From assembly GCA_964012805.1 (NCBI GenBank), contig CAXGUD010000033.1, positions 1 to 42,011 on the forward strand: a stretch of DNA of 42,011 nt, in the 5' to 3' direction. The notes under the pieces are model-generated. The model searched no databases, was not told the DNA's origin, and worked only from the letters and a program-made list of their open reading frames with translations. The position numbers and the translations under genes were made by a program. The stretch's first letter is position 1. Each line of letters begins with the position of its first letter. The DNA is from an uncultured Bacteriovoracaceae bacterium. GTDB lineage: Bacteria; Bdellovibrionota; Bacteriovoracia; Bacteriovoracales; Bacteriovoracaceae. Below are positions 1-8,360 of the stretch, piece by piece.

Positions 1-1
1 G

Positions 2-685
2 AAGAAGGCCACTAAGAAAAAAGTCGCTAAAAAGAAAACAACTAAGAAGAAGGCCTCTCTTTCAAAAGCTGAGAGAAAAAAATTACTTCAAAGCCTTTTT
101 AGAAAACATGAAAAAGTTGCCAATAAAAGCCATGAAGTCTTTCAAAAATACTTTTTTGTTGATGCAATAGCTGAAAAATTGGGTGTCCTTCCTGAAGAAA
201 TTAAAAAATGCTTTAGCCTGGTCATGGAAAGTGAAGACGAATTTATGAAGAACTTGGGTGACGCAAAATCCTCATATCGTCAAATTAATTGGTTTGGTGA
301 ATTTGATTTAGATGGAGAGGTCACAGCGGCTAAAATTACGGATATTAAGCAGCGGGCGAAAAGTTTTTATGGTAATCACGGGACAGAAGGAAAATTCGCT
401 GGCTATATAGATATCGAGGATGATGAAGATCAAAAAGGCCCTTTTTGGAGGGTTGAGGCGAAAATGATTCGATCTACTCTAGGCAATGAAAAAATCGAAG
501 GTCCGCATAAAGAAGATCTTATTCAGGAAGTTGTCGCTTTTGCGGAAACATTAACCTTTATCTTAACAGGCATTAAAAATAGCAGGTTTCAAAATTTAAG
601 TGGCCTTGACCAAGGTGAGAGTGAAGCGCTTACTAGAAGCGAAGATAATCTTTCGAAACCTTTCAAACCTCTAAAAAAGAAGTAA
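2..685 (+). CDS. Hypothetical protein, 5'-truncated by the window edge, with a Lys/Ala/Thr-rich histone H1-like segment
   Basis: The frame of the 179..685 ORF is open back to base 2 and reads KKATKKKVAKKKTTKKKASLSKAERKKLL...AEKLGVLPEE, so the TTG at 179 is internal; C-terminal domain not recognised. Confidence 0.75.
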   Translation, partial: KKATKKKVAKKKTTKKKASLSKAERKKLLQSLFRKHEKVANKSHEVFQKYFFVDAIAEKLGVLPEEIKKCFSLVMESEDEFMKNLGDAKSSYRQINWFGEFDLDGEVTAAKITDIKQRAKSFYGNHGTEGKFAGYIDIEDDEDQKGPFWRVEAKMIRSTLGNEKIEGPHKEDLIQEVVAFAETLTFILTGIKNSRFQNLSGLDQGESEALTRSEDNLSKPFKPLKKK

Positions 686-694
686 ATTTCCAAA

Positions 695-719
695 ACCGGG
701 GTCTACCATGGACCCTGGT
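695..719. terminator. Hairpin between convergent genes, probable terminator
   Basis: accggggtc-taccatg-gaccctggt (9-bp stem with one G-U on +), followed by ctcttcttt on + and tttgg on -; lies between stops at 685 and 740. Confidence 0.55.
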
Positions 720-739
720 CTCTTCTTTCATCATCTAAA

Positions 740-1918
740 TTAAACAAGACTCATCTCAAAACCTGGAGGAACTTCGCCAACAATGGGCATCGCACTATCC
801 TTTCCAGCTTCTTTTCTTCTTTGAACAAGAAACAAAGACAATAACGTGTCATGTTTTATATAACCTTTTAAATCATCAATAGGAGTTCCTTCAAAAGCAC
901 AGTAGGAAAGGGCATGATAGTCTTTTGATATCGGGAGACCATAAATATACTCGATCATGGAAGTGAACAGCATGGATTTCTGATCTTTTGGTAAGGATCC
1001 TTTAAGCTCCAAGAAATTAAGGTATAAAACCTCAAGCTCACCACCCTCTTTAGGTGACTTTTTAAAAACTTTCTGGAGTTGAAAATATAATTTTAGAAAA
1101 GGCTGAAGCCTATCTATTTTAATTTTTTTTGAAGGAGAAGGAGTCCATAAGAGAGTGAGACCGACTATTTTATTTTTTGAATCTCGTGCCAAAATAAAAT
1201 TTTCTAAAAGGAGGTTATTCCACCTTTCAATTCTAAAGTTCAATTCGTCAAATTTTTCCTCAAAGCAAAACCCGAAGGACCTCTCTCTATTTTGATTCCT
1301 CAAAAATTCTGTTATCGCATCCTTATCCTCCATAGAACCTCTAGAAAATTTGACTCCCTCGATCCTTTTTTTAAAAATATTAGTTAAGTAATGACCAGGG
1401 TGTCGAAGCAAAATATTAACCATCTTATATTGAACAAGTGGAAAGTACTGAAAAGGATTTTTTTTATTATAAACAAGAGCATTCATTGCCTTTTGATTTT
1501 CTCTTAAAATACTCGTATAAAAAAACTCACACCCCCCAAACTCCTCTATCAAGTGGGCATGTTCTACAAGATCACCATAAAATTTTCTCCATATGACGCT
1601 AGCGCGTGGTCCAGGTTGAATTCTTAGATCACCCAAATAGCCAACCCACTTTTTCTCCCCTTTTATAAAACCTGGCCTTAAAACCAATGTTCCTACGCCG
1701 CAAATCCCAGCCTCTTTTTTAAGCCTCACAAGAAAAACAAAAAAAAGTGGCCCACAAAAAGATAAAAATTTAAAGAAATCAGGTTTCCGATCATAACTTA
1801 TCGCTGTTTTAGTGCCTTCCATTGGTAAAGTGGAAAAAAAAGAAAGAATTTCTTTATTGTCTTCTTCTGTGGCCAAGGATACTCTAGGATGCTTTAAAAA
1901 AAGATCATTTAATTTCAT
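740..1918 (-). CDS. GNAT/N-myristoyltransferase-like fold protein, putative acyltransferase
   Basis: RLAT-like start (SLATEED), motif A-like GYLGDLRIQPGPR, FYTSILRENQKAMNAL; size fits a tandem GNAT fold; GGGAGG RBS upstream. Confidence 0.6.
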   Translation of the reverse strand: MKLNDLFLKHPRVSLATEEDNKEILSFFSTLPMEGTKTAISYDRKPDFFKFLSFCGPLFFVFLVRLKKEAGICGVGTLVLRPGFIKGEKKWVGYLGDLRIQPGPRASVIWRKFYGDLVEHAHLIEEFGGCEFFYTSILRENQKAMNALVYNKKNPFQYFPLVQYKMVNILLRHPGHYLTNIFKKRIEGVKFSRGSMEDKDAITEFLRNQNRERSFGFCFEEKFDELNFRIERWNNLLLENFILARDSKNKIVGLTLLWTPSPSKKIKIDRLQPFLKLYFQLQKVFKKSPKEGGELEVLYLNFLELKGSLPKDQKSMLFTSMIEYIYGLPISKDYHALSYCAFEGTPIDDLKGYIKHDTLLSLFLVQRRKEAGKDSAMPIVGEVPPGFEMSLV

Positions 1919-1942
1919 TAAGTTGGCCTCCCGGACCTCTTT

Positions 1943-3016
1943 CTAAATCCAAAAGGAGATTTCTTTTTTACCCTCGTAACTCATTAACTTAGAATCTCCC
2001 TTAACCCCATAATGACGAAGCCTTTCAATTTCTTTATGAACCTCATCAGCTTCCGTGGAACGGAAAGTTGTCCTAAAATCAGACCTTAAACAATCTCCCT
2101 GATTTTTCATAATAACTGTATCCTGCTCAATCACTTTTCTTGTATAAAAAGAAATAATTGGTTTAAAAAGCATTCCAAAAAGAGGGATCTTATAGGCAAT
2201 ATAAGTGTAAACCCGACTTTTTAAAGTACTTACAGGAGATATCTGGGAGTTAATGATAAAACCATTTTTTGAACCAAAATTATAATCAACTCTAGTCAAA
2301 TTAGGCATAATAAATTGATCTGTATGAGTCATAGGATGTCCACCTGGGTTTAAAAGCATCTTGGCACCCCAGCTAAACTCATCTTCCTCTTGAAAATATG
2401 TAACCGTTACAGCACCATTTTTAGTTTCAACAACTGTAGGAACTTTCTTTGGTACGGCTTTTTCATCTCTAAACCAGCCTCTATGGACAAAAATAGTATG
2501 GGGGACATCAACAAAGTTTTCGGCAAGATTTGTGACTTCATTTTCAAAATCAGTAATCATAAAATAGCTAATCCAATCGGGGTTTAAAGCCTCTGGAAAC
2601 CTCCAGGGAGGTGTAGCAGGACATGGAACATCAGTATTATTATCACTCGGGCCCATCCAAACCCAAATGGCACCATCTTGTTCTACGCATGGAAATGATT
2701 TCAACTTTAAATTTTGGGAAGGCTTACTTTCTGGTCCCTCAGAGGGAACACAACTTACCTGCCCCGTATGATCGTACAGCCAGCCATGGTAGGGGCATAC
2801 TAACTCACCTTTAAAGACCTCACCCTTTGATAAGAATGCATGCCTATGAAGACATCTATCGTTAAGACAAGAGACCTTGCCATCATTATTTCTAAAAAGA
2901 ACGAGGGCCGTATCATATAAGGTCCTCTGTATAGGTTTTTTACCAACTTCCCTGCTTAAAGCAGCTATATACCAATTTTTTAAGAGCAGGCCATCCCTTT
3001 CCGTCAAAGATTTCAT
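1943..3016 (-). CDS. Rieske non-heme iron oxygenase alpha subunit (VanA/KshA/PaO-like)
   Basis: Rieske ligands CLH...CPYHGW; mononuclear Fe motif ENFVDVPHTIFVH; C-terminal VIEQD. Confidence 0.92.
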   Translation of the reverse strand: MKSLTERDGLLLKNWYIAALSREVGKKPIQRTLYDTALVLFRNNDGKVSCLNDRCLHRHAFLSKGEVFKGELVCPYHGWLYDHTGQVSCVPSEGPESKPSQNLKLKSFPCVEQDGAIWVWMGPSDNNTDVPCPATPPWRFPEALNPDWISYFMITDFENEVTNLAENFVDVPHTIFVHRGWFRDEKAVPKKVPTVVETKNGAVTVTYFQEEDEFSWGAKMLLNPGGHPMTHTDQFIMPNLTRVDYNFGSKNGFIINSQISPVSTLKSRVYTYIAYKIPLFGMLFKPIISFYTRKVIEQDTVIMKNQGDCLRSDFRTTFRSTEADEVHKEIERLRHYGVKGDSKLMSYEGKKEISFWI

Positions 3017-3028
3017 TGAGCTAACCCT

Positions 3029-4618
3029 TTAAAGGTTGTTAACTTTTGTCAAAAGATCAATCTTTATATCCCCTTCGACCATTCCGGATTTTTTTTTCAG
3101 GTCTAAATAATAATCTGTAGCAGCTGGGAAAACTTTGACCCTCAGATGACCTAATTGGTTCAGCTCTCGAGCTAGTTTGTAATGAAAATGGTTCAGTAAG
3201 GCTTCTTCACCTCTTTCCTCCAAACTTTTTATTTCATCCTTTTCTAACTCCTCTCCTTGAAATAGTGCAAGGTAAAAAGGTCTCTCTTGACCATTTTGAA
3301 CCCCCAAAAGAGAAACAGGCTTTTTCTTATCAACACCTAGAGACTCGAGTAGATTCCTGGCCACCTCCTCACCCATTTTTTCACCAACCATGTCCAGTCC
3401 CTCAACCCGTCCCTGGAAAACCAAAGATAAAGGTGATGAGACACCCTTTTCAACCCTCAATTCGTCTTTCAAATGATACCTTAAAAGTCCATTTCCTGCG
3501 CTTATCAAAGGCGAAACCCTCATTCCCACCTCAAGCTCCCATGCAGGAATGACTTTTCCCGAATCTAGAGAAAGAAATTCATAAAAGTGACTACGATATG
3601 CAAGTGTATAATCCCCGCGAAAAGGGATTGTCACAACTCCTTCTGTTGCGAAAAGTCCCTTCCCCTGAATATAGGTGCGTGGGAAAAGATCTTGCAGCTT
3701 TTTTGCATAAACTGAAGAAGTCCCTGTGTCCCAACAACTAATAAGCGATAAACGTGGCCAAAGCTTCAATAAATCTTCTGAATTAAGCTTGTCCTTAAAG
3801 CTCTTCAAAAGAAAAGCAGACTCTTTATCTTTTATCGGCTTAACCGACTCCAGATCAGAACTGAACTCTTCCCAAGAACCCTTTTCAAGCATTGAAATAA
3901 TCAATTCCCGATTGGACATCATAAACTCAATAAGTTCGAGAAAAAATGTAGGCCCCCAAATAAAAATAAAGGTTAAATTCCTAGCAGTAACCAAATAAAC
4001 GCATGTAGCCAATCTGGACGCTTCCACTGTGTTTGCCAAAGTCACAGAAGGTGGAACACACAAACATTTTCCGATGAGCCAACGATGGAGAGTAGGAAAA
4101 TAAGAAAGGTCATCATTGGTCCGCCCTTTTCCCCTCATATTAGTTGGCAACCAAGAAAGTGACCAATAATGATCTCCTTTACCAATCTCAGGAAAATTCT
4201 GAAAAAGGTCAAAAAGCCATGGGAAAATAGCACTTTTAAACTCATCCATCATAGATTGAGTATAAGGAATCCATTTTTCTTTATGAGAGCTCCCGCTTGT
4301 AGGCTGATAAAGGAAAGGCTTTTCTGCAAAAACACGCTCACCACTTTTTTCCCTCTCAATGAAATCTAGCCAATCATTGTATTGACTTGGCCCAAACGCC
4401 TTGACGAAAAAAGAGTAGCCTACTTGACCCTTAGAGTTAAATTTTCCTGCGAACTCTGTTTGTTTTAGTCCGTCACACAGTTTATTTAATTTTTTTTCTT
4501 GGACTTTTTTAAGGCGCTTAAAATTGCTTCGAAAAAGAAAGTAAGAGGGAAAAATGGCCAACTTCAAGAGCGGCACAATAAAAAACCTCAAAAAAGCTTG
4601 CCGGAAAAATCGTTTCAT
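3029..4618 (-). CDS. GH3 family (acyl acid-amido synthetase-like) protein
   Basis: PTSGSS..KWIPYT P-loop, GKGLFATEG (YxxSEG-like), HFYEF, GLLRYHLKD (GLxRYxxGD-like), FQGR...DMVGEKM. Confidence 0.85.
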   Translation of the reverse strand: MKRFFRQAFLRFFIVPLLKLAIFPSYFLFRSNFKRLKKVQEKKLNKLCDGLKQTEFAGKFNSKGQVGYSFFVKAFGPSQYNDWLDFIEREKSGERVFAEKPFLYQPTSGSSHKEKWIPYTQSMMDEFKSAIFPWLFDLFQNFPEIGKGDHYWSLSWLPTNMRGKGRTNDDLSYFPTLHRWLIGKCLCVPPSVTLANTVEASRLATCVYLVTARNLTFIFIWGPTFFLELIEFMMSNRELIISMLEKGSWEEFSSDLESVKPIKDKESAFLLKSFKDKLNSEDLLKLWPRLSLISCWDTGTSSVYAKKLQDLFPRTYIQGKGLFATEGVVTIPFRGDYTLAYRSHFYEFLSLDSGKVIPAWELEVGMRVSPLISAGNGLLRYHLKDELRVEKGVSSPLSLVFQGRVEGLDMVGEKMGEEVARNLLESLGVDKKKPVSLLGVQNGQERPFYLALFQGEELEKDEIKSLEERGEEALLNHFHYKLARELNQLGHLRVKVFPAATDYYLDLKKKSGMVEGDIKIDLLTKVNNL

Positions 4619-4637
4619 AGATTTATCCTAATTTTAC

Positions 4638-4663
4638 AAAAAAAAAGCCCCATCCATGGGGCT
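4638..4663 (-). terminator. Intrinsic terminator of the HU gene
   Basis: Minus strand AGCCCC-ATGGAT-GGGGCT followed by a T run, about 40 nt after the HU stop. Confidence 0.8.
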
Positions 4664-4703
4664 ATTGTACAACAGAAAACAATTAAAAAGGGTTTTCTAT
4701 TAT

Positions 4704-4979
4704 TTAAAGCATTTCTTTCCAGGCCTTCCCTGGACGGAATTTTGGAACATTCTTGGCCTTTATTTTAATTTTCTCACCAGTTGCTGGATTAACACCAGTT
4801 CTAGCTTTTCTTTTAACTTTACTAAAGCTACCAAAACCTACCAAAGAAACATCTTCACCTTTCTTTACTGTTTTTTTAATAACGTCGATGGTCGTTGCAA
4901 GAAAGATATCTGCATCCTTTTTCGTGATTTCAATATCAGCTTCTTGTATGATCTTTTCGATTAACTCTTGTCTGTTCAT
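4704..4979 (-). CDS. hup: HU family DNA-binding protein
   Basis: MNRQELIEKI; VSLVGFGSF..VKRKARTGVNPATGEKIKIKAKNVPKFRPGK; GGAGG RBS. Confidence 0.96.
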   Translation of the reverse strand: MNRQELIEKIIQEADIEITKKDADIFLATTIDVIKKTVKKGEDVSLVGFGSFSKVKRKARTGVNPATGEKIKIKAKNVPKFRPGKAWKEML

Positions 4980-5191
4980 AAAGCCTCCAACCTTCTTAAT
5001 TTAAAATGTTATTAATTCAAGAACAATTATAGTCAGCTAAATTTCTTAAAGACAATCATTTTTTTAAGAAAAAACTAAGATTTTGAGCCAATAAAAGCAT
5101 AATTGAGATATAAAAATAAAAGGATAAAAAAAAGAATAATAGAAAAAACTAATTAAAATAAACTTTTTACATTTTTCCGAATAATTTAGCC

Positions 5192-5203
5192 AAGCCTAGG
5201 CTT
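5192..5203. promoter_or_regulatory. Perfect 12-bp palindrome in the divergent hup/response-regulator intergenic region
   Basis: aagcctaggctt is self-complementary; function unknown. Confidence 0.25.
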
Positions 5204-5295
5204 TAGTACAAGTGCGTCCGACCTCTAAGCTCAACTTTTCCCTATTCATTTTTTACACCCTATATTTTTTCTTAATATTAGATTATGATTTAGAT

Positions 5296-5745
5296 ATGAT
5301 GATACCTAAAAAAGATGATGATTACAAAGCCCTTATAGTAGATGACCACGAAGACGTCTGCCAGGTAGTTGAAGCTCACCTTTGTCAAAATGGTTTTAAA
5401 GCGCACCTAATAGATAAAGCCTACTCGGGACAAGAAGCCCTTCAGCTGCTTAGAGCAACGACATATTTCTTTATATTCTTAGACGTCAAACTTCCTGATC
5501 TAGACAGCACCAGCTTAATTGAGCATATAAGAAAAGATGATTCAAGAAATAAAGACGCAATTCTCATGATGTCATCAGGCCAAGATTTAGATGAAATGAT
5601 AAAAGAATACTTAAATCAAAAGATTGAAAAAGATAAAGTTGATATATTTTTACTTAAACCTTTTAACCAAAAAGACTGCGACAATTATTTTGATCTCGAA
5701 TTTATCATAAAACAGCAAAAAAAAAGACAAGAAAAGAAAAGTTAA
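5296..5745 (+). CDS. Single-domain response regulator (CheY-like receiver)
   Basis: LIVDD, phospho-Asp in FLDVKLPD, MMSSG, LLKPF; ATG at 5296/5299 preferred over GTG at 5212. Confidence 0.88.
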   Translation: MMIPKKDDDYKALIVDDHEDVCQVVEAHLCQNGFKAHLIDKAYSGQEALQLLRATTYFFIFLDVKLPDLDSTSLIEHIRKDDSRNKDAILMMSSGQDLDEMIKEYLNQKIEKDKVDIFLLKPFNQKDCDNYFDLEFIIKQQKKRQEKKS

Positions 5746-5891
5746 AATAATCCAATCTGATTCAAAAAAAAATGAATGACACTTTCCCCTTTCTGTCTAC
5801 AAAATCAGTTAGATTTTTTCCACCTATCGACAAAATCAATAAAGAATTACTATGAATTGTAGAAAACTCTATTTAAGAGTAGGAAAGCCAA

Positions 5892-6224
5892 TTGAAGATA
5901 AGTATTGAGGTTACCGAAAACAGAAATATCTTTATCGTTGAAGGAGAGGTAGATTCGTTTTCAATTTCTCATTTTATCCAAGAGTTAGAGCTTCTTGAAA
6001 AAATAAGCGGCCAAAAAATTGTTATCGACCTCTCCAATATGAAATCAATAAATTGGCGCGGGCTATTAATTCTTTCAAGGAAAATTTTAGAAGCGAAAGT
6101 TAGGGGTGATGAATTTACTCTGGTCTGCAAAGACCAAGAAATCAAGGAAACTCTAACGCTTTTTACTCATCCCATGCAACTCTCTTTCTTCCCAACGTTG
6201 GAGGACCTTCTTGTATCACTTTAA
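5892..6224 (+). CDS. STAS domain (anti-sigma antagonist-like) protein
   Basis: VEGEVD, KIVIDLSNMKSINWRGLLIL, FFPTLEDLL follow the SpoIIAA/RsbV pattern; overlaps the next gene. Confidence 0.8.
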   Translation: MKISIEVTENRNIFIVEGEVDSFSISHFIQELELLEKISGQKIVIDLSNMKSINWRGLLILSRKILEAKVRGDEFTLVCKDQEIKETLTLFTHPMQLSFFPTLEDLLVSL

Positions 6225-7647
6225 TTTATTAAAAAAAATTATAAATTATTTCATTGCTTTTATTTTTGTAAAAGTTCTAATATTAAGTAATCATAATTGC
6301 CTGGCTTCAGATTCTAAAAAAACCAATAAATTAAAAAGAGTTCCATCATATAGCTTTAAATTCTTTCACGATCAGCTTTTACTGACAAATGATGAGCTGA
6401 AAATGAAGAAAAGAGACCAGATTTTGGCCGAAGAAAACCTCACCGTTTCAAAGTCTGGTCATTATCCCAAATTGGATTTAAAAGTTGGTGTCAACGGGGG
6501 CAGTGAACAAGAAGCCAGTTCATCCAGTGTAGATCCATCCGGAGGTGCTGGTAAAATGGGTCTTTCCGGAGGCTCAGAGGGTACTTCCAACTACAAGGTA
6601 AATTCTGATTCAATATCCGGAAGCTTCGGTCTTACTTATAATATTTTTTCAAGATTTGCGACACAAAATTCTGTTTTGAATGCACGAAATGGAGTCAATC
6701 AAAAGTTATTAGAAAGAGATATATTATTAGATCGAAAAAAAAAGGAACTAATCCACATTCTTCTTGAAATGCAGGCCTTAATAAAGGTAAAAAAAGTTTT
6801 ACTGAGAGCAGAGAATTTATTAGAACGCCTGGCCTTAAAAAGTAGAAATAAAACAAGAAAGCTTTTTTTTGGATCGAGCAGGGGTCTTAAAATTGATAAA
6901 AAATACAAAGAAATCCTTTTCCAAAAAGCAAAAGTTACAGAATATATTCATACAGGCCATTTGGCCCTTAGAAACTTAATCCCTCACTACAAGCAAAATT
7001 GGCTAAATGGCCTAAGAACTTTATCAATTACCTACAAACTCCCAAGTTTTGATTATGCCTCGAAAAAGTATTTAAAAAGGTCAAAAAAATCTAAGAACCT
7101 TTCCTTGGATATTCAAAATTACAAGAATATCCATAATACAACCACATGGGAAAGAGCTTGGATTCCCCTGGCCTTTTTATCTGCAAGTCAGACTACAACA
7201 CAGTCATTAAAGACAAAGGAAGTTTCTAATGGCTGGAGCGCTAGCCTAGTTTTCCAGTTCAATTTATTTGATGGTTTCTATTCGAGCGCAAGAAGATCAC
7301 AAGCCTTTAATATGTATAAAATAAGCAAAATAAAAAAAAGGGATCAACTTTCTAAAGGTATTGTTCTTTTAAGAAAAGATTATGCCCAGATAAAAACATC
7401 GTTACAAAAGAAAATTTTCATCCAATCTATTATAAGAGAAAAGAGATTTAAAATAAAAAATTTAAAAAGAATACGCGAAAGAGGTGTCTCTACTAAAACT
7501 GAAGAAAGTTTTATGCTACTTGAGTTAGCCAAAAAAGAATTGGATAAAAGAGAGGCCCAGAAAGATTATGAAATAGCACTTTTAAATATAGCTACCAATA
7601 TAGATGAATTAAATAAGGTAAAAATAAATGAATCAACAACCCCATAG
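6211..7647 (+). CDS. TolC family outer-membrane efflux protein
   Basis: Signal-like N-terminus, HYPKLDL, SFGLTYNIF, WSASLVFQFNLFDG, RGVSTKTE, long helical segments; adjacent to adaptor and RND genes. Confidence 0.8.
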   Translation: MYHFNLLKKIINYFIAFIFVKVLILSNHNCLASDSKKTNKLKRVPSYSFKFFHDQLLLTNDELKMKKRDQILAEENLTVSKSGHYPKLDLKVGVNGGSEQEASSSSVDPSGGAGKMGLSGGSEGTSNYKVNSDSISGSFGLTYNIFSRFATQNSVLNARNGVNQKLLERDILLDRKKKELIHILLEMQALIKVKKVLLRAENLLERLALKSRNKTRKLFFGSSRGLKIDKKYKEILFQKAKVTEYIHTGHLALRNLIPHYKQNWLNGLRTLSITYKLPSFDYASKKYLKRSKKSKNLSLDIQNYKNIHNTTTWERAWIPLAFLSASQTTTQSLKTKEVSNGWSASLVFQFNLFDGFYSSARRSQAFNMYKISKIKKRDQLSKGIVLLRKDYAQIKTSLQKKIFIQSIIREKRFKIKNLKRIRERGVSTKTEESFMLLELAKKELDKREAQKDYEIALLNIATNIDELNKVKINESTTP

Positions 7648-8329
7648 ATCATTCAAATCAATATTATTTTTAATGTCTTTTTTCTTTATGACAATCCTAT
7701 TGTTTTCTAACAAAGTAAAAGCAGAATCACTGAGAGAGTTGATACCATCTTATGGAGTTATAAAACCAAAATTTGTTTCCACACAGGTCGCCATAGGAAA
7801 CGGCATAGTCCACAAAATTAGGTATAAACTAGGTGATAAAGTAAACCGGGGAAAAATTCTCATCAGCATCATTGAAAGGGAAACTATAAGAAATTACAGA
7901 AATACACTTAAAGGTACTGTTGCAAAAATTCATGTCACCCCAGGAGCAGCAATAAGTGCAGGTATGCCACTTGTTACGATTGTGAATTCTGATAAGAAAT
8001 ATATGGAAATCGCTTTTTCTCCAGACGAATCAAATAAAATATCCAGAGGTTTGAGTGTTTTGTCTCAAAATAAAAATGTCAAGATTGGAACAATTAACAG
8101 ACTCTCTCCAATTGTTGATCCAGACACAGGAACTGTCCTTTCATTTGTAGATCTTAAATCCTTTGGAAGACCTTATCGAATTGGTGAAGTCCTTCCTATT
8201 TTCATTGAGGGTAAAATAAAAAAATGTAAAAAGGTTATAGGTTTAAAAGAGTTAGGACTTTATACAAATGGTTACAAAGTCAATTTCATTGCAGGGGACA
8301 AAGTTTGCTTGGAAGGCAAAGCACCCTAA
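7628..8329 (+). CDS. RND periplasmic adaptor (MFP) lacking the alpha-helical hairpin
   Basis: Lipoyl half-motifs GIVHKIRYKLGDKVNRGKILISI and GTVAKIHVTPGAAISAGMPLVTI; beta-barrel motif GTINRLSPIVDPDTGTV; only 233 aa. Confidence 0.8.
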   Translation: MNQQPHRSFKSILFLMSFFFMTILLFSNKVKAESLRELIPSYGVIKPKFVSTQVAIGNGIVHKIRYKLGDKVNRGKILISIIERETIRNYRNTLKGTVAKIHVTPGAAISAGMPLVTIVNSDKKYMEIAFSPDESNKISRGLSVLSQNKNVKIGTINRLSPIVDPDTGTVLSFVDLKSFGRPYRIGEVLPIFIEGKIKKCKKVIGLKELGLYTNGYKVNFIAGDKVCLEGKAP

Positions 8330-8360
8330 ATAATAATCTATTTTAAAAGAACTTAAGACT

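Noticed and set aside
2390..5004. Several short + strand ORFs over the Rieske, GH3 and hup genes
   Set aside because: Antisense to well-supported genes, with no recognisable motifs
5154..5183. Possible FliA promoter (TAAA...TCCGAATA)
   Set aside because: Spacer is 13 or 18 nt rather than about 15, and TAAA is common here
5212..5295. Hydrophobic N-terminal extension of the response regulator
   Set aside because: Likely translated AT-rich promoter DNA; ATG at 5296/5299 gives a normal receiver
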